From: a virus
DNA length: 64,000 nt
Strand: one strand, 5' to 3'
Virus record (IMG/VR): IMGVR_UViG_3300036770_005754
Coordinates: 71,472 to 135,471 of that record
This document shows, in pieces, positions 9,938-19,953 of the stretch. A model generated the notes under the pieces. That model saw only the letters and a program-made list of their open reading frames with translations, ran no database searches and was not told the origin of the DNA. The position numbers and the translations under genes are program-made. The number at the start of each line of letters is the position of its first letter. Position 1 is the stretch's first letter.

Positions 9938-10549
9938 TTAATCCAGATCACCGGATGGTTGATGGCTGAGAATCTCATCGAGTTCGAAACTCGACACATT
10001 GACATTATTGTTATTAACCGATATGCCAGCTTTAGTGGCTGCTATCATCTTGGCGACCGCCTCCATTGATTTAACCGCGTTAGTGTTAATATTAGCTTTA
10101 ACTTCTACGGCCTTAACTAGACCGTCAATATACATTCTGGCCGGTATCGTATTTCTATTATGGGCATCATCACACTGCTTCCGCAACATGTTAATTACGT
10201 CTTGAGCCTCTTGACGATCGGCTCTACATGCCTGCAATACCTCATCTGCTACAGAATCTATCTTCTCTAAATAGATATTCACCGATTGAACCGATTCGTC
10301 CGGGACCTCTGAATGCATCATCGATTCTGTTCCATCGAATCGACGCTGGTCTTTAATCTCCGCAAGTTCATCTATAGGCCTTAACGCAGTTGCCTGACCA
10401 GCACGAGCGGCTATCTTCTCTAGTTCGTCATCAGATTCACTGCGCTCGGGTTTCGTATCATCTTGCGTGTCTACTTGCACATCTGCTTGCGCGTCTACTT
10501 TTTCAAGCTCTGATATTAGGTCTTGTAATTCTTCATCTATTTCTGACAT
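9938..10549 (-). CDS. Hypothetical helical protein, possible terminase small subunit
   Basis: Immediately upstream of terL; helical with a C-terminal NNNNVNV stretch. The function is inferred from position only. Confidence 0.35.
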   Translation of the reverse strand: MSEIDEELQDLISELEKVDAQADVQVDTQDDTKPERSESDDELEKIAARAGQATALRPIDELAEIKDQRRFDGTESMMHSEVPDESVQSVNIYLEKIDSVADEVLQACRADRQEAQDVINMLRKQCDDAHNRNTIPARMYIDGLVKAVEVKANINTNAVKSMEAVAKMIAATKAGISVNNNNVNVSSFELDEILSHQPSGDLD

Positions 10550-11127
10550 ATGTCACCAATCGTTTCTCTAAGCTCAAACAACCAATCCCTATTTATACCA
10601 GGTTTAGACATCAACTTCCTAGCTAAATCATCTACTAACTTCAAATCCAAACTTTCCAGAGCTTCCTCGTTTATGTCTCTACCTATGTAGTTCGCGACGA
10701 AATTCACGGCTTCTTTCAAGCTTCTGCGCATTGTTCTCTTTTGAGTTCTTGCACTATGTCTATGGCCCATCCGCCCGCCATGTTGCATTTGCGTATTATT
10801 TGATCTATTGCGTTTTGGATTAATTCTAGCACGTATCTTAGGCAGTGATAACGAAGAATGTCCGTGTTCGTCATGATGACTACGAGCAGTGCGATTATTA
10901 TGGTTCATTCTGCGACGGACTCTATCTCTCGTTGACTCTGGCGTCGCTTCTATTATTAATTCATTAAAATCAGATGCAGTAATAGTTTTAGAAGTTATTT
11001 TGTCAAGAATCCTACTGAAAGACTCCTTCATTTCATCATCTTTTCGTATCAAAACCATGTTCTGATGGCAACCCTGACAGTCATCTATGGGTTTTGAACA
11101 GCAACTTGTTATGAACTTTGGTTTCAT
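10537..11127 (-). CDS. Hypothetical protein with basic His/Arg-rich central region
   Basis: 196 aa ORF packed in the operon. Confidence 0.6.
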   Translation of the reverse strand: MKPKFITSCCSKPIDDCQGCHQNMVLIRKDDEMKESFSRILDKITSKTITASDFNELIIEATPESTRDRVRRRMNHNNRTARSHHDEHGHSSLSLPKIRARINPKRNRSNNTQMQHGGRMGHRHSARTQKRTMRRSLKEAVNFVANYIGRDINEEALESLDLKLVDDLARKLMSKPGINRDWLFELRETIGDICQK

Positions 11128-11136
11128 ATATCATAC

Positions 11137-12090
11137 TTAATCATTATCTTCTTCTTCTGAATCGCCCCCTTTATTTTTAAGCTCAGGTGCATTTCTATTT
11201 ATTGGAGAATCTGTGAATTCGTGGCTTCTGAGCTTTATTACCTTCATGAAATTGGTGACAATCGATCTAGACAATCCAGATTTCTCTACTAATTTGCCTA
11301 TCATACCATCGTGTGGCCTATCATCATTATGGATAATCCATTCTAGCGCATCGATTATTATTATATAATCATTATTATGCTGGAATATGTCTCTCGCTTC
11401 TTGTAGAAATCTAGGGGCCATATCGCCTGTTGGCTTGGATTTATTATCCAAATATGATGTATAAGAATTAGAATTCTTCCTGTCTCTACCTTCCTTTTTA
11501 ATATATGCCAATATCACGGTTCTAGCTATCTGCGACCACATATTGAATACTTTAGATGTTCCTCTATACAATATTGATTTGGAACCACCATATAGGTCTT
11601 GCAACGGATCGATTATAGGAAATTCTGCAAGTTTTGAACCACAATGAGGACATTCATGATTGTTTGAGTCTATTACCTCTTGCATCGTCTTGATACCGTA
11701 TTCTATTTCTCCTGGATTGTATAATAAAGACTTAGCTGGATTATCTGGATTATAACAGGATCTGCAATGTGGCCTTGCTCTATACTTGTATAGCGTTCTC
11801 TCTATCTGAACCCACGCGGTCTGTAATAGGTCACCAAATGCCGATTCTTCTTGACCTGGGTATATTGTGTGTAGACCCTGTTTCCTAATTATTTGTCTAA
11901 TGAGTTCTGCAGCATTAGACATTATTGTGTCTCTTAGTTCTATCTTAGTACAGCCGGTCCAAATATATTGCGTTAGCTGCCATTCTACTATTTCATTTAT
12001 GAAGTATAATTTACGTTGTGGTGGGTTAATCGGAGCTTCGCTTGAGCCAGTCTTTGCTGACTCGGAAGTTTCTTCTGATGAGTTCTTCAC
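11137..12090 (-). CDS. Putative late-transcription sigma factor (gp55-like) with CxxC...CxxC insertion
   Basis: N-terminal YF..E..EWQL.QY, region-2-like DLLQTAWVQI..TLYKY, and KVFNMWSQIARTVILAYIKKE resembling the gp55-type FAYFTQI...I.KE motif. Confidence 0.55.
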   Translation of the reverse strand: MKNSSEETSESAKTGSSEAPINPPQRKLYFINEIVEWQLTQYIWTGCTKIELRDTIMSNAAELIRQIIRKQGLHTIYPGQEESAFGDLLQTAWVQIERTLYKYRARPHCRSCYNPDNPAKSLLYNPGEIEYGIKTMQEVIDSNNHECPHCGSKLAEFPIIDPLQDLYGGSKSILYRGTSKVFNMWSQIARTVILAYIKKEGRDRKNSNSYTSYLDNKSKPTGDMAPRFLQEARDIFQHNNDYIIIIDALEWIIHNDDRPHDGMIGKLVEKSGLSRSIVTNFMKVIKLRSHEFTDSPINRNAPELKNKGGDSEEEDND

Positions 12091-13624
12091 CTTTAATACT
12101 CCGACCTGGGAACACTACGGTTGTGTCACATCCCGCATTGACTATCAGTTTTAGTCTAGCGCGTGAGTGTTCGTAGAGATACTTGTTGCAATAGAAATAG
12201 AAATCAAAGATTCGGCTACTCCCTCGTTTATTATGCCTGACAGCACGCCCGACCTTTTGTATAAGATCTGACCTTAGCTTACCGCCGGTCGCAATAATGA
12301 GATTTTCGCACCCTCCACTGAGATCCAATCCTCTATTTATTATCTTACCACCGATAAGTACATCGAACTCACGTCTTTCAAATTCACGTAATTTCTCGTT
12401 ACGGCGGCGTTTGTCAGTCTTGCCACAAATGAAATGGGCAGTCAAGCCACATTCTCTAATGGCATTTTCAAGGTTATCACCTAACCTCTCCCTATCGACA
12501 AGCACCAAAGTACCATCTCCCTTAAATTTTTTACAGATATTGGCTACTAAAGAATGAAACTCATTACTATCAACAATCCATTCATTGTATGCTATGTCGT
12601 ATGCCGATCTGTCATCCTTACGACCATTCAAACCGAAAGCTAACATATGATAATGAACAGGTATGATTCGACCGATTCTCTGCAACTCCTGCCGAGTTTC
12701 TCTAGCTATAACAGATCCAAGGTGCTCCTGCATCACCAGCCCTTCTACGGGTTTAGCAGGATCAAACGGAGTGCCAGAAAGGCCATATCTTCGCCTACCA
12801 TTGAACCAATACTTGAACATATTCTTGAAAGGATCAGAAGTAGCTTTGTCACATTCATCAACTATAATCATCTCAGCGTCTTTAACGTATTCTTGCAACC
12901 TTTTAGAATTAGTTCGTCTAGTCTTATAGCCCCCGACTGCAAGCAACCATTTATCCAACTTAGCATGATACTTCTCATCAGAATCACTTTTATCCCTACT
13001 TGGTTTCTCAGGAGGCTTTGATGGGCATGTCAAAGACTGAATGGTACCAACAACTATTTGTTCGCCATTTGGTTTTTGCCCGGCATAAAACACACCTACT
13101 TCATCTATTACATCTCTAAGCTCCAACCTAGACTTTAACTGCTCAACAACGATCCTCTGATCAGCAACTATAACCGTCGGACAACTGATAGCTTTACATA
13201 TACCAGCAATTATCTCACCTTTACCGCCACCGGTTGGAACATCTACTATACCACATTCTATCCTACATGCAGCCTGAATACTACGAATCTGATGAGGATC
13301 AAGAGTGATGCCTGGCAAGAAATCCGATCCAACTTTATCGGGATCAACGACTATATGAGACCACTCTTTCCTATTGTCAACAATAGACAGAGGCAGATTA
13401 TGCTTACTACACACTTTCCGCAGCATACCAAGTAGCGGTCTCGCTATTCTCTTCTTCGCACGATTATACTTTCTAAACACTCCGTCCCATTGGATACTTT
13501 GATCTGGGTCAACATATCTTCTACCAGGAATAGATACACTAAACTCCGTCCACAATATCTGCTCTTCCGCTTCAGTTATATTATCGAACCATATCCACTT
13601 ATTGTCTTCAAGTATCGCACGCAT
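12026..13624 (-). CDS. uvsW: SF2 DNA helicase (UvsW-like)
   Basis: Motifs HQ, PTGGGKG, DECD, GLSGTP, RGLD and QKVGRAVR. Confidence 0.88.
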   Translation of the reverse strand: MRAILEDNKWIWFDNITEAEEQILWTEFSVSIPGRRYVDPDQSIQWDGVFRKYNRAKKRIARPLLGMLRKVCSKHNLPLSIVDNRKEWSHIVVDPDKVGSDFLPGITLDPHQIRSIQAACRIECGIVDVPTGGGKGEIIAGICKAISCPTVIVADQRIVVEQLKSRLELRDVIDEVGVFYAGQKPNGEQIVVGTIQSLTCPSKPPEKPSRDKSDSDEKYHAKLDKWLLAVGGYKTRRTNSKRLQEYVKDAEMIIVDECDKATSDPFKNMFKYWFNGRRRYGLSGTPFDPAKPVEGLVMQEHLGSVIARETRQELQRIGRIIPVHYHMLAFGLNGRKDDRSAYDIAYNEWIVDSNEFHSLVANICKKFKGDGTLVLVDRERLGDNLENAIRECGLTAHFICGKTDKRRRNEKLREFERREFDVLIGGKIINRGLDLSGGCENLIIATGGKLRSDLIQKVGRAVRHNKRGSSRIFDFYFYCNKYLYEHSRARLKLIVNAGCDTTVVFPGRSIKGEELIRRNFRVSKDWLKRSSD

Positions 13625-13655
13625 TACCTAACTCCGAAAATATTTTCTTATATAG

Positions 13656-13682
13656 TTGAAGCCGGGGATTCCCCGGCTTCAA
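13656..13682 (-). terminator. GC-rich hairpin downstream of the RNR gene
   Basis: Inverted repeat TTGAAGCCGGGGA-T-TCCCCGGCTTCAA; only a weak U-tract. Confidence 0.65.
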
Positions 13683-13701
13683 TCTCAAATACCAATACTC
13701 A

Positions 13702-15891
13702 TCAAACTATTACACACTTATCAGAATCACAGAATTTCGAACCTTCTGCATCATGGCCTATGAAATTCGTATAATCTGCGTCCGTAATTTTTCTATTATA
13801 CTCTGTGACTTCTGAAGCATCACAAGCTTCATATGGTGCCTGAGCATAACCATGATCATATAACGGCAAGAAACTTATTCCTTTCAATTGGTCCTCAAAT
13901 GTCTCAAGGACCCTGAAAATCTGATCGGTGTCCTCTGGTTTGAATTTAACAGTACACGACACCTGGTTATCGGCCCAGTATCTCTGATAATCAACGACAT
14001 TTGCGACCTGTTCCCAAACTGAAACCTGGGAAACTGGTCTGACTCGCTCATCGCTGATGCCGAACCGCACGACTAACGTCCTATCTGCATCCTTTACATC
14101 CGGTTCAATATGAAACCCAGCGTCAGACAAGATCTGAACCAACGGACTATCCTTGGCCAGCCTAACCCTTCTCCAATAAGTACTTGCCTCTGGATAATGG
14201 ATACCTGGGGTAGCACCGGCGACTAATGATACAGTACCGCTCGGCTTCACAGAAGTGACCTTTATAGAATTCTGGACGCATAACCATTCTGAGTAAATGT
14301 TATCCCATCTTTTTATCTCATTGTACCCTGCATCACAAAAGTCTTTAAGCATGGACCTCCTACCGAACTTCACAAATGCTTGTACTATACCGCTTTGTGA
14401 AAGACCTATCCTCCTATTCCTAAGAGTAACTTGATTAGTCCTCGGATTATGCGTAGGTAAAAGAGTGACAGTCTTCGCATAGAGATATGCGAACTTCAAA
14501 GTTCGCATATAATCGTCAGCATCTACATGATTAGCAGGAAAAGACTCAACGAGATTGCATAGCTCGTATGACTCTAAGGACTGTTCCAAGCACGGATTTC
14601 CGCCCTTGACCCTGCCATCTATGCCTGGCTGTCTGCCGTCCACCAGTCTACCATAATCACGCATATTATCGAGCCACATCAAACCAGGTTCGCCATTTGA
14701 AGCGATTTGTTGCCCGACATATCTGTAGTCCATCCCGACATAAGCGAAGATTGAATTATTCGACGCCCACCTATGATGGTTCAGAGCATTCCATGTTTTG
14801 ATAGCTGGTGCCAATCTCTCTTCGGGAATTAACAGAGAACCGTCACTATCTGTAAAGTCTTCGATAGAAACCTCACTAGAGCCCCTGGCATATATCTTGC
14901 CTGTGACTTCATAGAACGCCTTGTGATCTGAATCCATTAATGTTGCCAGCGGATTCTTCATTGAACAATATGATTCATCGTGAGGTTCGCCAAAAGCAAT
15001 CTCAGCGGTCCTCCTGACATTACCAGCAACCACGCATCTTCCGATATAATTCATCAAATCTGTAATGTCGACACTTGATAAGGTCTCGCCTATCTTTCTC
15101 TCAAAATGATCTCTTATTAGAGAATGTAGATCTCTTAGTATCGCAGGACCAGATGCCTTACCACCAAAGCCTTTGATATCTGAACCTGCTTGACGTATGC
15201 TGTCATAATTAAATCTAACACGACCCATGCCTGGGGTTTTAGTATATGACCAAATCAACAGCCTTACAGAATTCACCCACCCCTCTCTTGAATCTTCTAC
15301 AACGTGATCATAAACATTGTCCTCCGGCATGTAGACAGAAATCTTTCCAGCACCTTTAGTGTCAAAGCCAACGCCGACTCCGAGCATTGACATATCCATC
15401 AGGAAACAGAATGGCTCTGCTGGATCCGACTCAATACGATCATCAGTAGAAACAAACGCACAATTATTTAAAGCAGCGCTCCCTCTTTCCCACATGAAGT
15501 CTGTGCCCATCATCCACAAACCACGGCCAGGAGGTAGGAATTTAAAATCCCACATCCTGCTGAACATTTCTTGTGCTGATCTCTGAGCTTTATTATAATC
15601 CCACGGAACATGGATCTTACGGCAATGTCGGCGCTGAATCTCGTAACAGCCTTCTACGACCCGTCTGATAGTATCGAGAAAACTCTCCTTTGTACCGTCA
15701 TCCTTTACCCTAGAGTAGGTGCGATAGAAAACGAATTCTCCGAGACCGTTGAACCCAAAGTCTGGCCGTTTTTTGCTGTATGAAGCCAAAAAATTGGCGT
15801 CCAGTCTGAAATTATGCTCTCCACTGTCATATTTGATGTTTCCAAAATATTGTTCAGAAATATTTCCCACGTCTTCTATCACTGTCGACAT
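13702..15891 (-). CDS. nrdJ: Class II (adenosylcobalamin-dependent, monomeric RTPR-type) ribonucleotide reductase
   Basis: Motifs FYRTYSR, PPGRGLW, NNCAF, GVGVGFD, VAGNVRRTAEI, NPCLEQ...ELCNLVE, VKPSGTVS, QAPYE and C-terminal FCDSDKC. Start placed at the ATG with a GGAG SD. Confidence 0.93.
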   Translation of the reverse strand: MSTVIEDVGNISEQYFGNIKYDSGEHNFRLDANFLASYSKKRPDFGFNGLGEFVFYRTYSRVKDDGTKESFLDTIRRVVEGCYEIQRRHCRKIHVPWDYNKAQRSAQEMFSRMWDFKFLPPGRGLWMMGTDFMWERGSAALNNCAFVSTDDRIESDPAEPFCFLMDMSMLGVGVGFDTKGAGKISVYMPEDNVYDHVVEDSREGWVNSVRLLIWSYTKTPGMGRVRFNYDSIRQAGSDIKGFGGKASGPAILRDLHSLIRDHFERKIGETLSSVDITDLMNYIGRCVVAGNVRRTAEIAFGEPHDESYCSMKNPLATLMDSDHKAFYEVTGKIYARGSSEVSIEDFTDSDGSLLIPEERLAPAIKTWNALNHHRWASNNSIFAYVGMDYRYVGQQIASNGEPGLMWLDNMRDYGRLVDGRQPGIDGRVKGGNPCLEQSLESYELCNLVESFPANHVDADDYMRTLKFAYLYAKTVTLLPTHNPRTNQVTLRNRRIGLSQSGIVQAFVKFGRRSMLKDFCDAGYNEIKRWDNIYSEWLCVQNSIKVTSVKPSGTVSLVAGATPGIHYPEASTYWRRVRLAKDSPLVQILSDAGFHIEPDVKDADRTLVVRFGISDERVRPVSQVSVWEQVANVVDYQRYWADNQVSCTVKFKPEDTDQIFRVLETFEDQLKGISFLPLYDHGYAQAPYEACDASEVTEYNRKITDADYTNFIGHDAEGSKFCDSDKCVIV

Positions 15892-15893
15892 AA

Positions 15894-16541
15894 CTATCTC
15901 CAATCTTCACCAAGAATCGATTTAACACCAGAAACATCCAAATGGTCTTTCAAGAATTCAGACCTTAACATGTACAAAACTGTAGTTTTAGGCAGCATCT
16001 CTCTTTCTTCCGGATTATTCCTACTCAGGCGAGCCAAAGCCACACCACAAGATTTTGATAATGCTAAATACAGCCTCGGAATACGTGACGACTGAAACCA
16101 TTTAGTCAAATTACAAAACTCATCAGGATCAGACCGACGGAGCAGAGTCCTAACTATATCTCCGTTCGATTTCCCTTCCAACCACGCATGTGCTGTTGAT
16201 ATCAATGCAATACTATCAGATCTTTCTTCAGAATTCTTTGATAGCTCATCATAGCACAATCGCATAATGTTGGATTGGTGTAAAGAAGCCAGACCTTTAT
16301 GTAATATACCAGCCCTTTTGCAATGTTTCACAGCAGTTCTGATGAATTGTTTAGAGGTCTGCTCATCGAACCCCCACTCAGAGAATTTGGACGCTATGGA
16401 ACTTAAATACCGCCATTGATAAGTCTTAGTGCGATCTGTATTGGCAGGAAACGCTAAATTGTAACCAAGTTGTAAATAGATTTCATGACACCATCCCCAA
16501 ACAGCCATTATCGAATCTTCTGATGTTTCTAACGTATTCAT
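15894..16541 (-). CDS. Hypothetical protein
   Basis: ORF coupled to nrdJ; start moved to MNTLETSED to avoid overlap with the divergent gene. Confidence 0.65.
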   Translation of the reverse strand: MNTLETSEDSIMAVWGWCHEIYLQLGYNLAFPANTDRTKTYQWRYLSSIASKFSEWGFDEQTSKQFIRTAVKHCKRAGILHKGLASLHQSNIMRLCYDELSKNSEERSDSIALISTAHAWLEGKSNGDIVRTLLRRSDPDEFCNLTKWFQSSRIPRLYLALSKSCGVALARLSRNNPEEREMLPKTTVLYMLRSEFLKDHLDVSGVKSILGEDWR

Positions 16542-16566
16542 ATAATATTCAATGTAGGAAACAAGA

Positions 16567-16827
16567 ATGACACAAGATGTAGACCAAGAGTCAGATCGCC
16601 AAGCCATCTTTGATGAAACATTCTCAAAACTGATGGATAGATTTGGCGAAGCATGTCAAGAGCTGGGAATTAAGAATGCTATTGCAATAGCAAAAGCAGA
16701 TAATTTCGATGAGCCAATGGTGTTCTACGTCGCCCCGCACATAGTTGACGCGGCAGCATTGATGGCAAAAGTCTTGCGTCAAGTGAAGACTGAAATCAAC
16801 AATAACTTGAATACAGAAGCAGAATAA
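16567..16827 (+). CDS. Hypothetical protein
   Basis: 86 aa ORF in an otherwise unoccupied gap, with protein-like composition. Confidence 0.65.
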   Translation: MTQDVDQESDRQAIFDETFSKLMDRFGEACQELGIKNAIAIAKADNFDEPMVFYVAPHIVDAAALMAKVLRQVKTEINNNLNTEAE

Positions 16828-16859
16828 GCATCGATTATCACCACAATTGGTACAACAAC

Positions 16860-17243
16860 ATGTCTAAAAAACCAAAATGGGTTGAAAAAGCATGGGGCAA
16901 AGTATGGAACAAGTTCGCAGACGACATAACGAACGAAAGCTTACTATACGTAAAAGCCGACCACCAATCATCCATACACTTCCATAATGAAAAATGGAAC
17001 TGCTTTATATGTATGGATGCCACAATAGTGGTAGAAGAATTCATAACAGAAGCTGGGGAGAACAAAGTAGCATCCAGCACACTAATGAACCCTGGAGATA
17101 GTCACGTAGTACCACCAAAGAAACTACATAGATTCTACGTCGTGAAATCAGGTAGAGTATTAGAAATATATTGGTCTTTAGATGATCATAAATGTGACCC
17201 AAACGACATAGTCAGGATATATGACGGAGGAAGAAGATATTAG
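16860..17243 (+). CDS. Cupin-fold protein (sugar isomerase/MPI-like)
   Basis: Cupin motifs KAWG, SIHFH..K and PGD...VPP...HRF. Confidence 0.75.
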   Translation: MSKKPKWVEKAWGKVWNKFADDITNESLLYVKADHQSSIHFHNEKWNCFICMDATIVVEEFITEAGENKVASSTLMNPGDSHVVPPKKLHRFYVVKSGRVLEIYWSLDDHKCDPNDIVRIYDGGRRY

Positions 17244-17244
17244 G

Positions 17245-18837
17245 CTATTTCCTAGTCTCTGATAATGGTAGTGTAGCATAATAATAAGAAGTCCTCCTCT
17301 TACCTTGCACTATCAATTCGTTGAATCTGACGCCATCGTCTTCGGAAGTAGGAAGTACATTGTTAGACGGCTCAAATAGGTCAACGTATGCGATGCCATC
17401 TATAGCTTCTACTGCCTCAATTATGTTTGATATATATAGCCCCTGCCCCATTTCCCAATTTGAGGTATCGAAAAACTCATTGATAGCGGACTCGACTCTC
17501 GACTTGACAACAGAAGCATCCGCATTTCTATCGACAATAACATTCATATTTATGTCCACTGGCTTGATTTTCCCATCTAAAACTCTGACATGATCTGTCA
17601 TTACATTTAAAGTACTAAAATATGTTTCCAACCCAGCTTTCAATCCAGCGTTTGGTATGACCGGAGTATTATCTGGACCAGTTGAAAGAGCATATATCTC
17701 TACAAGATTGGCATTTAAACCTGTTCGAATTGTAGCGACAGATTTTGAAATAGCGCCGTAAACAGGATGTGAGAAACTATTAGCCGCCTGGGCATAGTCA
17801 TTAGCTGTTACTATACTTCTTTGAATAGCGAAGTCTCGCGGTGCCCTTCTTTTTGCAGCAGCGACACTCTCTCTATCAGTACCGCCACTAGATGGCGATA
17901 CATTCCTAAATCTCACAGAAACAGCAGCATTCGAAGGAGGGTTAGGAGATATCTGAAGTTGCGAGTCTATCTGACCGGTACTGATCCTACCCCTAACACC
18001 ACCGCCAACCCTGTACCTAAATGATATAATTGATCCAGATTTCGGTGAAGCTCCAGTCACATCATCGCCGAACCTGAATACCGCAACATCTTCGAAAAAG
18101 TTTACTTCAACAACCTTATCATTTGGGCCATACCGCTCGATTGGTTCAGTAATCACCAACCATTCTTCACTGGAATTGCCATATCTAACATCGACGAACA
18201 TTGGACTCTCTAAAATATTCACATCAGATATTTCGAAGGTCTGACCAGGCCCACCTGAACTAGTGACATTAACAGGACCAGAAAGTGTGCCCTCGACACC
18301 CCAAGCTATAACACCACGTTTACCTGCTGGTATGATTATCTTACTAGTCCAATCACCAGGAGCCCTAAAGACCTCGTAAGTAATAGGCTGACCATCCGGC
18401 CCATTCGTAGTTGAAAAAGAAAAACCTGGGTCAATCTCTATATCCGATCCGACAGATAAATCAACAGATATCTCAATATCAGTTACTGCTGGTGTTTGCC
18501 TTCTGATCCTCTGATTTATCAAAGCCAAATGATTAATCACCGCCCTCTCAGTGCTTGCTGTGGGTAATGTCGCTTCATTCGCTAAAACATCAGCTCTTAA
18601 CGATAGCTTAGCCACAACTGAAGCGACTATCTCTGTCAACATCATTATGCCATTGCTGGCTACAAAATCATTGAACTTGTCCGGAAAATATGTCTGAATA
18701 TACTCTATTATAGCACGCCTAGCCGTATCAAAATCCAAGCCACTAAAATCAATCCTACGAAGCCTAGACGGTTGTAAAACAATACCGAATGCTTCTGGTG
18801 CATTAGGTAAATCAAATAATGTTTCTTGATCAGCCAT
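17245..18837 (-). CDS. gp6: Baseplate wedge protein (gp6/baseplate J-like)
   Basis: Motifs DF..LDF..., NDF..S..GIM, FGDDVTG..P, YRVGGG..G, GGTDRES and Q.R.VT.NDY. Confidence 0.88.
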   Translation of the reverse strand: MADQETLFDLPNAPEAFGIVLQPSRLRRIDFSGLDFDTARRAIIEYIQTYFPDKFNDFVASNGIMMLTEIVASVVAKLSLRADVLANEATLPTASTERAVINHLALINQRIRRQTPAVTDIEISVDLSVGSDIEIDPGFSFSTTNGPDGQPITYEVFRAPGDWTSKIIIPAGKRGVIAWGVEGTLSGPVNVTSSGGPGQTFEISDVNILESPMFVDVRYGNSSEEWLVITEPIERYGPNDKVVEVNFFEDVAVFRFGDDVTGASPKSGSIISFRYRVGGGVRGRISTGQIDSQLQISPNPPSNAAVSVRFRNVSPSSGGTDRESVAAAKRRAPRDFAIQRSIVTANDYAQAANSFSHPVYGAISKSVATIRTGLNANLVEIYALSTGPDNTPVIPNAGLKAGLETYFSTLNVMTDHVRVLDGKIKPVDINMNVIVDRNADASVVKSRVESAINEFFDTSNWEMGQGLYISNIIEAVEAIDGIAYVDLFEPSNNVLPTSEDDGVRFNELIVQGKRRTSYYYATLPLSETRK

Positions 18838-18838
18838 A

Positions 18839-19225
18839 TCAAACTCCATTGATCGTGTTTATGAATCTCTCGATTGTCAATTGTCTCCTTGGGTCCTTCT
18901 TCAGCGAGAGCGATATCTTTATCATAATACCATTATTATCGAAATTTGGCTCGATATCTACAAAATTTATCAGCACCCTTGGTTCTTGAGCTTCAATCTG
19001 ATTAATTATTTCTGATCTCAATATTTGAACATCGGCCTCTGTACCCTGCTCGAACACATGGTTCCTAAGATTGACACCAAAATCAGGACGCATCACACGT
19101 TCACCAGGAACAGTTAGCAAAAGCTGTAATATATCATTCTTAATTAGGCGATCATCCTCCTGTCTTGACAAAACGCCCTCAGGACCGCCTAAGAACGGTG
19201 GATTAAATCCGTAGTATGTTGCCAT
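18839..19225 (-). CDS. gp25: Baseplate wedge subunit (gp25-like)
   Basis: LLLTVPGERVMRPDFG...EPRV motif. Confidence 0.92.
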   Translation of the reverse strand: MATYYGFNPPFLGGPEGVLSRQEDDRLIKNDILQLLLTVPGERVMRPDFGVNLRNHVFEQGTEADVQILRSEIINQIEAQEPRVLINFVDIEPNFDNNGIMIKISLSLKKDPRRQLTIERFINTINGV

Positions 19226-19953
19226 TATTTTAACACCGCAGAAATTGTTCTTAATTTATCAGACATTTGTACTGACTCTGCGGCAGCGTCGTTCGCCGAC
19301 ATTATCGCCACATCTCTGTCTCTAAAAGCATCATCTCTTCTAGTTTCCAATTTTGATATTATCACATGTAAATCATTAGCTGTCGCATCACCCTGATCCA
19401 CCATAATCTTTAAAGCCTCGATGGCCCTAGTCGAATCATTTATAACCTTCTGATATTCTACGACCAACTGTTCTGCATCCTTTCGCCTCTGTATAGCTTC
19501 ATTTAGTTTCGTCTGAAGCGATCTATACGCAACCAATGAAGCGGAATTAATCGCTTGCTCGTCTGCGTCGTCCACATTTAGTGAATTATAATTAATCCTA
19601 TTTATATCATGTTGTGTTGTGGTAACTAATCCTATGAGCATTGGGTCCACTGTCTTTGATATACTATCACCAAATTCCAACACTTGGCCTATCTCGAAAA
19701 CCTTATTATTACTACCTTCAACAGTTCTGGTAGATGACGAAACACTAAACACCAAATCACTGACCGTCTCTCTTCTCCAAGATATTCCGTCTTTCCTAGT
19801 TATTCTTTTCCTAGCGATTCCGCTGGGAAGCTTAGGGAAAAGTAGATTGGTCCTTGGCGGTGGATTGTTGCTTATTACGAATGTAACATTGCCTGGTTCC
19901 GTACCTTTCGGTATGGAGTTGTAGTATAAGCCAGTTGGATATTTTATTATCAT
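19225..19953 (-). CDS. Hypothetical protein with C-terminal coiled coil (baseplate region)
   Basis: Coupled ORF between the gp5-like and gp25-like genes. Confidence 0.65.
   Translation of the reverse strand: MIIKYPTGLYYNSIPKGTEPGNVTFVISNNPPPRTNLLFPKLPSGIARKRITRKDGISWRRETVSDLVFSVSSSTRTVEGSNNKVFEIGQVLEFGDSISKTVDPMLIGLVTTTQHDINRINYNSLNVDDADEQAINSASLVAYRSLQTKLNEAIQRRKDAEQLVVEYQKVINDSTRAIEALKIMVDQGDATANDLHVIISKLETRRDDAFRDRDVAIMSANDAAAESVQMSDKLRTISAVLK

Noticed and set aside
7962-15891. Inteins or homing endonucleases in terL, the helicase or nrdJ
   Set aside because: Protein lengths are ordinary, and no C...HN splice motifs or LAGLIDADG/HNH/GIY-YIG motifs were seen.
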